Source: Chlamydiales bacterium
Lineage (GTDB): Bacteria; Chlamydiota; Chlamydiia; Chlamydiales; JAAZZY01
Direction: 5' to 3'
NCBI GenBank assembly: GCA_965206695.1
Contig: CBDBKM010000002.1
Span: 160,001 to 224,000, forward strand
DNA: 64,000 bases
The stretch's first letter is position 1; each line of letters begins with the position of its first letter. Positions 54,292-64,000 of the stretch are shown here, one piece after another. Made by a program: the position numbers and the translations under genes. The notes beneath the pieces were generated by a model that was not told where the DNA came from, searched no databases, and saw only the letters and a program-made list of their open reading frames with translations.

Positions 54292-55545
54292 TTAACCTTT
54301 AAATGGAGCAAATACCAAGCAAGAATTATGGCCACCAAAACCAAAGGATGTTGATATGCCTACATCAATCTTATGCTCTTGGGCTATATTTGCTACAATA
54401 TCTATATCCAATTCTAACTCCGGATATTCGTGGTTGATTGTTGGATGTAAAACACCCGTTTCTATTGCTTTAACTATAGCAATAGCTTCCATTCCTCCTG
54501 CAGCACCAAGACAGTGACCAATCATTGATTTAGTTCCATTCATTTTTAAATGAGATAATTCATTCCCAAAAACATTCTTGATAGCCTTAACTTCCATCAT
54601 ATCTCCGGCCGGAGTAGATGTTGCATGAGCATTAATATAATTCACTCTTTCTTTATTTACCTGAGCATCTTCCAAAGCATTTTCAATACTCAACGCTATC
54701 CCTGCTCCATCTTCTCGAGGGTCGGTCATATGATAAGCATCACATGATATACCGCCACCAAGATATTCCGCGTAGATTTTTGCTCCTCGTTTCTGAGCGT
54801 GCTCTAAACTTTCCAAAACTAATACGGCAGATCCGACTCCCATTACAAAGCCGTCTCGCTGAGTATCCCAAGGTCTAGAAGCTTTTTGAGGTTCATCATT
54901 GCGCTGTGATAATGCTTTACAAGCTATGAAACCGGCTACTCCAAGAGGGCATAAAGCATCTTCAGCCCCTCCTGTTATCATAACGTCTGCATGTCCTAAC
55001 CGTATATGATTAGCAGCATCCATAATAGAATAATTACCTGTAGCACAGGCTGTAGAAATCGAATAATTAGGCCCCATAAAACCTACATCCATAGCTAATA
55101 GAGCGCCTCCCATATTCGTAATGATATAGGGTACAAAGAAAGGGGTAATACGTTTATAGCCTTTATGTTCCATAGTTATAGCATTTTCATAAAAGACTTT
55201 CATACCGCCCATTCCGGAGCCTATGAGAATACCACATTTTTTTCTGTTGATCTTCTCTAAAGAATCTCCTGTCAAACCACTATCTTCTAAAGCTTTCTTA
55301 CCTGCTACAATGCTATAAATGGCATAAGGATCTAATCGTCGTATTTGTTTTTTTTCAACATATGGCTCCGGATCAAAATCTTGTACTTGAGCAGCAATCC
55401 GTGTCGGCATATCGTCACAAGGAAATGCTGTTATATTTGAAACTCCACTCTTTCCCGCAACTAAACTTTGGTAATAGGTATTAACATTGCTGCCAAAGCA
55501 CGACACCACTCCCATACCTGTTACCACGATGCGTTTTTTATCCAT
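54292..55545 (-). CDS. fabF: 3-oxoacyl-ACP synthase II
   Basis: TACATG, NAHATST, KSMIGH, FGFGGHN. Confidence 0.97.
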   Translation of the reverse strand: MDKKRIVVTGMGVVSCFGSNVNTYYQSLVAGKSGVSNITAFPCDDMPTRIAAQVQDFDPEPYVEKKQIRRLDPYAIYSIVAGKKALEDSGLTGDSLEKINRKKCGILIGSGMGGMKVFYENAITMEHKGYKRITPFFVPYIITNMGGALLAMDVGFMGPNYSISTACATGNYSIMDAANHIRLGHADVMITGGAEDALCPLGVAGFIACKALSQRNDEPQKASRPWDTQRDGFVMGVGSAVLVLESLEHAQKRGAKIYAEYLGGGISCDAYHMTDPREDGAGIALSIENALEDAQVNKERVNYINAHATSTPAGDMMEVKAIKNVFGNELSHLKMNGTKSMIGHCLGAAGGMEAIAIVKAIETGVLHPTINHEYPELELDIDIVANIAQEHKIDVGISTSFGFGGHNSCLVFAPFKG

Positions 55546-55576
55546 ACAATACTCCCATACTTATACAAGTAAAAGC

Positions 55577-55859
55577 TTAGCTCACTATCTTTTGATTTAA
55601 AAGATTTAATTATTGCTTTGCTTTAGCCCCATTATCACCTTGCAATTCAATGATTCCGTTTTTATAAGTACCCCCCTCAACCGCATTTTTGTTTCAGATT
55701 TTTTGATAACTGCTTTAACTCATTATCATCGAAATCAAGATGCTAAATCAATGTAACCACTCCGTTTCTGCGCTTTTCTAAACGCATAACATTCTTTTGT
55801 ATTAGTTTCTCGGGTGATTCTCTTACAGCATCCAACCGCCGCATTATTGTAAAAGGCAT
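55577..55859 (-). pseudogene. yciH: SUI1/YciH translation factor pseudogene
   Basis: RLEKR...VVTLI*...LKQKCG*GGTYKNGIIELQGD with two stops and frameshifts. Confidence 0.85.
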
Positions 55860-55872
55860 CTGTTAAATAGCC

Positions 55873-56235
55873 TTATTTTTCACATAATGCTTCAAGATCG
55901 ATGATTTTTCCGTTGTTCCATAAGCGTTCTAATTGATATTTTTCACGTACATTCGGTACAAATATATGCACCATAATATCTAAGTAATCTAAAATAATCC
56001 AACCACATGCTGACATGCCTTCAACATGAACAGGTTCTAATCCATGCTTTTTTAACATTTCTATAACCGCACCGGCGATAGCCTGCAGGTGCTTGGCTAC
56101 ATTTCCTTCGGCTATAATGCAATAATCCGTCATTGTGGATATATCGCTGATATCAACAGCTAAAACCCTACTACCTTTTTTTTCAGTAATGGTATTAGCT
56201 ATTATTTGAACCAATTCATCCGTATTCATTCTCAT
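55873..56235 (-). CDS. rsfS: Ribosome silencing factor
   Basis: KKG...AVD, DY.IIA.G, WIILDY.D..VHIF....R..Y.LE.LW. Confidence 0.95.
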   Translation of the reverse strand: MRMNTDELVQIIANTITEKKGSRVLAVDISDISTMTDYCIIAEGNVAKHLQAIAGAVIEMLKKHGLEPVHVEGMSACGWIILDYLDIMVHIFVPNVREKYQLERLWNNGKIIDLEALCEK

Positions 56236-56281
56236 AAAAAATTGTTACTTTGGATTAATGGCTTAATAAATTTTTTAAATA

Positions 56282-56920
56282 TCAATTCTTACTGTCATCA
56301 GAAACGTGAAAGTATAACTTATGTGTATAAATGTAGTCTAGGACTTTTGCGGGCATAAGATGCCCGCAAAAAAGCCGATTAGACAAGCGCATTCTTAAAT
56401 CAGAACTACTGATATCCATCAGATTCGTCTTAACTAATCCATTTGTTATTAGTTGATTAAGTTTTTGATTATTAGAAAAAATTGATTTTTTATTTTCTAG
56501 GCGAGAACCAATCAAAACAGGGATTAGATCTAATAAAGCCTCAGCTTCTTTCCATCTATCTAAATCCATTGCAACATCTTCAGCCAAAAGAAGATGAAAA
56601 GTAAAATTTTTATTCTCTCTCCTTTCTATTAATTTCCGGAATATCTTAATAGTATAGGATGGCCTTTCTGTTTTTATCTCCTCATCTAATATTTTAAATT
56701 CCTTTATACCATCTAAAGCAAGGTGTAGCATTTCTAACCTTCGCTTAACTGTACCTATTGGATAGAATTGCAATTTATGCGGAGATACAAAAACAGGACT
56801 AAACCACACCTCATCAAGATGACACTTTTCCATTAATTCAAATACAAGATTGATATGCCCATTATGAATAGGGTCAAAAGATCCACCGAAAAATCCTATA
56901 TTTTTTTTTGCATCTAACAC
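56282..56920 (-). CDS. nadD: Nicotinate-nucleotide adenylyltransferase
   Basis: GGSFDPIH.GH, SYT, ISSS..R. Confidence 0.93.
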   Translation of the reverse strand: MLDAKKNIGFFGGSFDPIHNGHINLVFELMEKCHLDEVWFSPVFVSPHKLQFYPIGTVKRRLEMLHLALDGIKEFKILDEEIKTERPSYTIKIFRKLIERRENKNFTFHLLLAEDVAMDLDRWKEAEALLDLIPVLIGSRLENKKSIFSNNQKLNQLITNGLVKTNLMDISSSDLRMRLSNRLFCGHLMPAKVLDYIYTHKLYFHVSDDSKN

Positions 56921-57122
56921 AAATAATTATCCTGTAAAAAGTAATTCATGCCATTTTGAAAATAGCCATAAATGATCCTCTACTAATATTTCTAACTGAC
57001 CTATCACTTCTCTAAATTACGAACATCCTTCTTGCCGCTATTTGGTTGAGATAATGATATTTTTTGAATGTGTATTTTTAACCTCTTCTCATTTCGAAGA
57101 CAGTTCAATCGCCTGATTTTAT

Positions 57123-58459
57123 GACAATGAAGCGAGAAAACCCTTTATCTTTAGCATTAGGATGAAAGCGTCTATTTGTTTTTTGATTTTGGGTATACTC
57201 CTAATTGTATATTCACTTAGTTTTTGCACACTATCAATATAATACGATCTTGTCCATAATGTAGGCAATCAAGATTTTAAACTTGAGAATTTTTGCCTTA
57301 ACAAGTGGCTACTTGTATCCTTTAAGTGGCACAATCGCAAACTGTTAAGATTAAATGAGTTGATTTTTGATAAACATATCTACATGGTCAGGCATAATAT
57401 TAAGTTCTTTAACTTTCTTAGTCGTTTTTCACATATCTTCCTCAAGAACTTTTCTTCTATACTTATAGTCATTTAATTTTACATTGATAAGATTGCTTGA
57501 TCAATGGCGAATGTAAAATTCGTAACTTTTCGTAATATCTCTCTAACTTTATTTTTCATATTAGCCCAATATTTTTCTATAGGATTTAAGTCCGGAGAAT
57601 AGGGAGGAAGAAACATAAGCTTACAACCGGCAGATTCTACTGTTTTCCTGCTTTCCGCTGACTTGTGAAAACCGGCATTGTCAAGAATAAGAACACTACC
57701 GGGTGTAAGCTGAGGAGTCAAAACTTCCTTAAGCCAAATATTGAATAACCCGGTATTACAAGTACCTTCAAAACACATTGGAGATAAAAACTGCCCTTTA
57801 GATAGGGCTGAAATAATATTTTGCCTTATAAAGCGGTTTCCTGAAACCGCTCCAAAAACTTTTTTGCCGCGTAAGCTTCTTCCGGACTCACGAAATAAAA
57901 ATTGATGAATCCCGGTTTCATCGAGATAAATTCTCTTGTCAAAGGGAATATTTTTTAAATCTTTCATAAAAGCTTCCCGTTTCTTTTCATCTCTTTCCTT
58001 ATAGCGAGTAGTTTTTTTTTTCGTGTAATTTTTAATCTTTTAAGGGCATAAAAAATCGTTTGCGGAGTGACTGAAAAATAATCAGCAATTTCCGATAAAA
58101 AATAATCCGGATGTTTTTCTACATATTTAGATAACAACTCATCATCTAATTTCTTATAAGCATATTTTCTGCGGATTGGCTTTAAATGTCCTTTTTGCTT
58201 TTTTTGCAAGATCCATCGATATATTGTTGCGATACCTACTTGAAAAATATGGCCGGCTGTTTTTTTATCATGATGTTTTTCTATATGTTGTAATACTTTC
58301 TCTCGAAGATCTACTGAATAGGCTCTAGGCATTGTTTTGTCCTTACTGTTTGTATAAAAAAAGAAGGATAACATATTATCAAATAAAAATTAAAATACTA
58401 TAGTACACCAACATAACATGATAACGAAGATTAAAAATAGCTATCTTTGACGTTGTCTA
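57123..58459 (-). mobile_element. IS200/IS605 relic: left end plus decayed tnpA split by IS630
   Basis: TTTAT/GACAAT left end with hairpin; WCT/KYRRKVL rejoined across the IS630; MPDHV, LPTLWTRSYY. Confidence 0.85.
57466..58400 (-). mobile_element. IS630-family element, two ORFs with A-rich frameshift site
   Basis: TA duplication, TIRs TAGTCATTTAATTTT / AAAATTAAAATACTA; YLDETG, LDNA.FH, LPPYSPDLNPIE. Confidence 0.93.
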
Positions 58460-58525
58460 TCTTTGTTCATAGGTTAAATAATGGTAGCCTTTAGGCATAA
58501 AAAATCCTTCATAATTTTGTTTCTT
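58460..58525 (-). mobile_element. IS30 5' relic (leader plus MPKGYHYLTYEQR)
   Basis: GGATTTTTTATGCCTAAAGGCTACC is identical to the start of the IS30 at 50102. Confidence 0.85.
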
Positions 58526-59867
58526 TTGACAGCTCCCAACCCTACAGGGGAAGGGATTCCTCATTCACAGACTACGGCTACCAAAAGAGTTAGTCTAACA
58601 TGATCTCCAAAGGCTTACATTACCGACTGCCTTTCGGTATATACTGCTCGTAGCTGAATCAGAGAATTCATCTTGAAAGACAATGAATAGAATTAATAAT
58701 AATTTTTTGAAAATTATCGTTAATTCTTTGACTTAATTGCTTTTTCATTTTTGGAATTTCTTCAAAACAGAACGTTCGGATAGCGTCACTGAAATCAATA
58801 CATGTCTCGTAGCACTTATTGTAAGTTTTTTTCTCTCTCATCACCTTCCGGAACCGCTCTATTGGATTCAAATTGGGCGAGTACGGAGGCAAGTAATGGA
58901 TTGTCATCTTTGATGTAATAAGAAATTCATTAATCTTTTTGTTTTTATTGGATCGGCCATTATCACAAATAATCTGAATGGATTCTGCACCGGATGACTT
59001 TTCCAAATCTTTTAGAACATTTATTACATTATCGGCATTTATCGTATCATATTCTTGTGCAAAGACTTCCGTCTTAGCAGGCGATAAAGCCCTTATAAAA
59101 TGCATTCTAAATTGTTTGTTCGTAGTCGGGAGCGTTTGTATCTCTCCCTTCTTTATCCGGCCGGATACGGCTTGAGACCGGAATTCAGGATGCACAGCAT
59201 CCAAAAAATACATTTTCCCGCCTTCTCCTAATGCAGCTTTCAAGCTCATGTATGACTCTATAAAATCTTGTTATCTTTGTGGATCTAACTTTCCCGGAAC
59301 TTTCAATGGCTCTTTGTAGGTAAACGTATGATCTTTGAGCCAAGAGGTTATTCCGGATACTGAATAGATGATGTTATATCGTTCTTTGATGTATTTACAG
59401 ATTTGTTTTGCATGAAAATAGGTGAATATTTGAAGTTGTTTCAACAACTCTTGTGTCCGTATTTTATTTAGCTTACCGGCGCTTCCGCCTTTAGGGGCGT
59501 GATGCGTTTTTGTCAACTCTTCGTATTCCGTCAAATATCGATATACGCTTGCTATAGCTATTCGATGAGCTTGAGCGATTGATTCGGGAGGCATTCCTTC
59601 GCTTCTTGCTAAAATCACACATAAACGTAATCGTTCATGTATATTACAAGTTTTTCTTGCGCGATTCTCAAGGTTAAATTTTTCTTTTGGTGAAAGGTGT
59701 ATTTATGATGTAGATCAAAATTTAAAGAAGTAAGGTTACTCAATCACTAATTAATTTTTCAATAAAATTTCTCTGATTCAGCTACGAGCAGTATATACAA
59801 AATCAAAAAAAACAAATAGACACTCTCATCCCAATGCTAAAGCAAAGAGTTTTCTCGCTTGATTATC
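58526..59867 (-). mobile_element. Non-autonomous mini-IS605 (~190 bp once the nested IS630 is removed)
   Basis: Right end/omega scaffold 58526-58641 fused to the last tnpA codons and left end 59796-59867; CTTAT at the target position. Confidence 0.85.
58642..59793 (-). mobile_element. IS630-family element, transposase pseudogene
   Basis: Perfect TIRs TACTGCTCGTAGCTGAATCAGAGA; DAVHP, CDN, LPPYSPNLNPIE; in-frame TAA at 59271. Confidence 0.93.
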
Positions 59868-59879
59868 ATAAGTTTTAAA

Positions 59880-60803
59880 TAGAGTAAATTAAATTTTATT
59901 TTTTATAAACATCCATTAGTTAGAAAAGAAAAATCAATTGCTTGGGCTAAATTTGTAAATCGTTCCATATTTTTTTGAACCTGTTTTTTAAAATTAGCCC
60001 AAAAAATTTCTATTGGGTTTAAATCCGGTGAATAGGGAGGAAGAAATAGAATGTGACAACCTGCTTGTTCTATAAGTTGTTGCGAATATTTAGATTTATG
60101 AAAAGTTGCATTATTCATAATAACAACTTGACCGGGTTTAAGTTCCGGAATAAGAAAATCTTTTAACCATAGATTAAATAACTTAGTATCACATGTTCCC
60201 GTATAGCAAAAAGGAGCTAAGATTCGGAATTGATTCTTTGCTGCGATAAAACTTTCACGTGCATATCGCATTCCCGAAACCGCTCCATATACTTGATTCC
60301 CTGCCTGACATCGAACATGTTCCCTTCTTAAATATTTATTAATCCCGCTCTCATCTACATAAAAACGATTTTTCATGGGAATATTTTTTAGTGTTTCTTG
60401 AAACTCTTGTCGTTTTTTTTCATCTCTTTCTTTGTAGAACGGGATCTTTTTTTTAAGGTTAGTTTCAAGCGTTTACAGGCATAAAAAACAGCCGGTATCG
60501 TAACACCCGATTCTTGAGCAATTTCTTTAAGATAGGCATCCGGATATTTTTGAAGATATTGCTTAAGTTTATTACTATCAATTTTACTTGGGCTAGGACG
60601 CCTTTTGTTAGGTGCTAAGATCTGCTGTCTTTCTCGAGAAATCCAATTCGATAAAGTGCGGGTTGTAACTGAAAAAATGACACTTGCCTCTTTTCGTGTT
60701 CCCACATTTTTAATATATTTTAAAGCTTGTTTTCTTAAATCAAGTGAATATGTCATCCGGATATTTTACATGAATAAAATGAAAAATAAAATTTAATTCA
60801 CTA
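59880..60803 (-). mobile_element. IS630-family element, two ORFs with A-rich frameshift site
   Basis: TIRs TAGAGTAAATTAAATTTT / AAAATTTAATTCACTA; YVDESG, LPPYSPDLNPIE; second catalytic D appears as N (MNNATFH). Confidence 0.92.
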
Positions 60804-60969
60804 TATTAAGGTAATTTAGTATGTTTTTAACCACAAATTTTCTGAGATAATGCCTTCAGAGTCACAGATACTGATCCGGGTCCCTGTAATTTTAGATTCG
60901 TGGCATTAATTTGTCCACTATCAAAAGGTGGCTCTAAAAATAACAGGTATAAGACTTGGAGTATGAGAA

Positions 60970-62682
60970 TTATTTATTGACAGCAGATAACTTATTATTG
61001 ATTTGAGTAATACAATTTTCAATCTTTTCTAAGTCAGATTTTCCTTCCTGCATCAACCCATTATAAGTCAGTGATTTTTCAATATCCAAATTTGATCCAC
61101 CCATTGCTTTACGATAAATTTGGACTTGTTCTTTTATTATTTTTTTCTGTTGCCGGCAGAAAATTAGCATAGCTTTAAGGGATTCTTCAGATGAATCCTT
61201 TTGTAATAGATCAGAAGCTGTACTAGTCAAAATATTAATTTTTATCTTCTTAAAATCATGTAACAAGCAAGCTTTTTCATTTTCGGGAAATTTTTCTTCG
61301 ATAAGCTTAGTTAATAGCTGAATCTCTTCATCTATTTTTTCAAAATCCAAACTGTTAGAGTCATCCGATAATTTCTTTATTTTATCTCTGACCTCCTGAA
61401 TTTTAAAATTTTGACGATTTTTTTTATCTTGAATAAGTCTGTTTTTCTCATTCTTCAATTCTTGTTCTTTTTTAAGAAGAGGTTCTTTCAACTGATTAAG
61501 CTCTTCTTTAAGCGAATTCACTTCCTTTTTCCCCAACTCAATTGTTCTCATATATTGAGTTATCTCATTGAAGTGTTTTCTCATGTCATCGATAGCACTT
61601 TGATCAAAATCAGGTGCAACCTTTGCAATTTTTTCTTGAACCAGTTGCTGATTAGCTTTAAAAATACCTCGTTTTTTATCTCGTTCTTTTTTAAATTCCT
61701 TTTCCAAGACTTTGATCTTATTCCAACAATCACTTAATTTTTCTCTTGTTAAGGAAAAAGACCGAGTATTCAAATTCAAAGTTTTAGCAAGACTTTGAAG
61801 ACCTTTTATTTCTTCTCTCAAAGCATAATAAGGAAAATCCGTTTTTTTATCGGAAAAGTGGGTATTAATAAACTCATCAATATCTTCAATAAATTGCTCG
61901 CTTATCTTACAGATTAAGTCTTTCCTCTTTGGAAAAACTAAATCCCCAATTTTCGATAAGCGATCAAAAAACATATGTTTTTGATGATAACGCATATCCG
62001 TTTTTAAAATTTCTTTACGCAAGGTATTGACTCGAGAGATCCGGCAAGTTAATAGATTTAATTGCTGTTGCGTCTCATTATAAAAAGTAAACTTCTTCGT
62101 GAAAATTTTAGAAGTTATGGGAAAAGGAATATCTTCGATATTCGCTAAAACCGGGTCACCTTTTTCTAATTCTTCTTTTAAGGCCTTAACAGCTATATCT
62201 ATTTGCTCGACAGTAAAAGCTACTTGTTCTTCAAGCTCTTCTTTTAATCGTTTCGCTTCTTGAGATAATTCTTGATATTCGATCCACAAACTCGTTTTTT
62301 TAGGGAAGAAAGATGACTCTTTAAACAGATTCAAACAAACGGTTTTAGCATCCCAAAATTCTTTAAAACCACCCGGCGTCTTTTCTGCAAGCTTTTCTTT
62401 CATGAGTTGCAGAACATAGGTAATTTTATCAAACGATTCTTTGAATTCTTCTAATTTTTCTTTAAGCGATTCAATCGTTTTAGATTCACTCCTTTTACCT
62501 AGATCAGATTTGTCCTTAGATAAAGTTATGTCTGAAAGAGACTTTGTATTTTTTTCTAAAATATCATCATGATCATTATTTTCTTTAGAAAGATCATCTC
62601 CTGATAAAGAAGGCTGCGAAGGATTAGCGTGTTTCCTCATACTCATATTGCAATAAGACCAAATAAACTCTATTAAAGACAC
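60970..62682 (-). CDS. Conserved chlamydial coiled-coil protein
   Basis: FW....CL.LFKE, LREEIK.LQ..AK.L.LNT..F..TR..LS.CW motifs; downstream of miaA. Confidence 0.8.
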   Translation of the reverse strand: MSLIEFIWSYCNMSMRKHANPSQPSLSGDDLSKENNDHDDILEKNTKSLSDITLSKDKSDLGKRSESKTIESLKEKLEEFKESFDKITYVLQLMKEKLAEKTPGGFKEFWDAKTVCLNLFKESSFFPKKTSLWIEYQELSQEAKRLKEELEEQVAFTVEQIDIAVKALKEELEKGDPVLANIEDIPFPITSKIFTKKFTFYNETQQQLNLLTCRISRVNTLRKEILKTDMRYHQKHMFFDRLSKIGDLVFPKRKDLICKISEQFIEDIDEFINTHFSDKKTDFPYYALREEIKGLQSLAKTLNLNTRSFSLTREKLSDCWNKIKVLEKEFKKERDKKRGIFKANQQLVQEKIAKVAPDFDQSAIDDMRKHFNEITQYMRTIELGKKEVNSLKEELNQLKEPLLKKEQELKNEKNRLIQDKKNRQNFKIQEVRDKIKKLSDDSNSLDFEKIDEEIQLLTKLIEEKFPENEKACLLHDFKKIKINILTSTASDLLQKDSSEESLKAMLIFCRQQKKIIKEQVQIYRKAMGGSNLDIEKSLTYNGLMQEGKSDLEKIENCITQINNKLSAVNK

Positions 62683-62803
62683 CCCTCTGCCAAGATCTTA
62701 GCTCTACTATTCAGAATCTAAAACTAAAAAAACATCGATTGACAGAAATTATTACCGGTGATGTTAAAATAAAAAGCAAATTTCAGTAAAGGAGAATTTC
62801 AGT

Positions 62804-63844
62804 TTAAATGGGTTCATCACGAAGATAATCCTGAGCGATGATATCAACAGCAATCTCTTTATCATGAATCTCAAGATCTAACCACCTGAAAATAGACTTT
62901 CGGCGAAACCAGGTAAACTGTCTCTTAGCATAACGTCTAGATTGTTTTTTAAATTCTGAGATACAATTGCTATAATCTTCTTCAGATCTCTCTGTTTTTA
63001 AGAAATTAAGGCACTGCCTATAACCAATTGCATTAGAAGCTGATGTATTTTCTCCTAGGCCTTTTTCCTCTAAATCAATAACCTCTTCCATGAATCCTTC
63101 TTTTAACATCGACTCACAGCGGTCGTTAATACGAGTATAAATTGAATCTCTTGATCTATATACAAACCAACAACGAAAATCATAATCAATTGGCAACGAA
63201 GAGGATTGCCAAGGTAATTGACTAACCTTATCCCCGGTTAAAGTGATGATTTCTAAAGCTCTGATAATTTTTGAGCGATCATGTCTAGTGATTGTTTCCG
63301 CATACTCGGGATCTCTTTCTCTTAATTCCTCATACATCCTGTCAGGACCTCTTTTCTCCATCTCCTCTTCTAATCTTTTCCTAACCTCGGGAACTGATGA
63401 GGGACCGGGAGGGGGACCATATAGAAAAACATGAAGATAAAACCCACTTCCACCTACTAATATGGGAGTACGATCTCGGGCGCAAATACCTTCACAACAA
63501 AGGCGAGCTTCATGATAAAAATCAACGACATTAAAATTTTCTGAAATATCACGAATATCTATCAAATGATGAGGAACTTTGGCTCGTTCTTGTAAAGTCA
63601 CTTTAGCTGTACCAATATCCATTCCTCTATAGACTTGAAGGGAATCGGCTGAAATGATTTCACCACCCAAAACACTCGCCAGCATTAAAGAAAGATCGGT
63701 CTTACCTGCTCCTGTTGGACCGGCAATCACAATCACTCGTTTCTTATAGACTTCCGGATAAATGGCAATTTTTTGCTCTTGTGGAGTATAAATGCCCGCA
63801 AGAATTTTTTTTAGCTGTTCTTCTTCAAAACTTGTTGTTACCAC
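62804..63844 (-). CDS. miaA: tRNA dimethylallyltransferase
   Basis: GPTGAGKT, DS.QVYRGMDIGTAK, GGSGFY, RRYAKRQ.TWF. Confidence 0.98.
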   Translation of the reverse strand: MVTTSFEEEQLKKILAGIYTPQEQKIAIYPEVYKKRVIVIAGPTGAGKTDLSLMLASVLGGEIISADSLQVYRGMDIGTAKVTLQERAKVPHHLIDIRDISENFNVVDFYHEARLCCEGICARDRTPILVGGSGFYLHVFLYGPPPGPSSVPEVRKRLEEEMEKRGPDRMYEELRERDPEYAETITRHDRSKIIRALEIITLTGDKVSQLPWQSSSLPIDYDFRCWFVYRSRDSIYTRINDRCESMLKEGFMEEVIDLEEKGLGENTSASNAIGYRQCLNFLKTERSEEDYSNCISEFKKQSRRYAKRQFTWFRRKSIFRWLDLEIHDKEIAVDIIAQDYLRDEPI

Positions 63845-64000
63845 ACTTCAACTTCAATTACTATCGATTTAATCAAAAACCCATTCCAAAACTTTATCTA
63901 TGCTAACATATTTTCATTCCGGCAACAAGTTATAAGTAGCAATCATAACGTTTGATCACCGGTCATCTTACAATGAGTTTCTTTAATAAACGGCAGAAAC

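Noticed and set aside
60806..60965. Possible IS end or structured element (GTGGCATTAATTTGTCCAC)
   Set aside because: No partner end or coding remnant recognisable
62739..62770. Antisense promoter TTGACA...TAAAAT facing miaA
   Set aside because: Spacer is about 20 bp and such hexamers are common in AT-rich DNA
1..64000. CRISPR array, tRNA/rRNA, prophage, and the many short antisense ORFs
   Set aside because: No regularly spaced repeats, cloverleafs or phage genes seen; short ORFs are shadows of well-supported genes

Overview
AT-rich bacterial chromosome segment from an environmental Chlamydiota (chlamydia-like) organism. Evidence: chlamydial-type FabI, the bamA-skp-lpxD and uppS-cdsA-cmk-plsC clusters, Cys-less L36, Aas, and a uvrC-asp23-rpsN-rpmJ-cysS-lysS / priA / fabF-rsfS / miaA neighbourhood. 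The housekeeping backbone is heavily invaded by IS elements (IS630, IS5, IS1380, IS701-like, IS30, IS3-like, ISNCY, IS200/IS605 tnpA-tnpB), often nested, and there are many pseudogenes (azlC, xfp, yciH, a Bcr-type MFS, a kinase-like gene), as expected in early genome decay. No rRNA, tRNA or CRISPR array was found. Three things stand out. (1) A 330-bp, GC-richer TGTTGG...CCAACA element with the layout of a eukaryotic retrotransposon solo LTR sits inside azlC. (2) There is a window-wide directional drift CTGG/CCAG to CCGG that recodes conserved Trp/Leu/Arg residues, suggesting CCGG-specific Vsr-like mismatch repair. (3) A ~190-bp mini-IS605 keeps only its ends and the TnpB omega-RNA scaffold, with its guide read from an IS30 leader, alongside two intact-looking TnpB genes. 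Gene calls rest on motif recognition only; no database searches were run.
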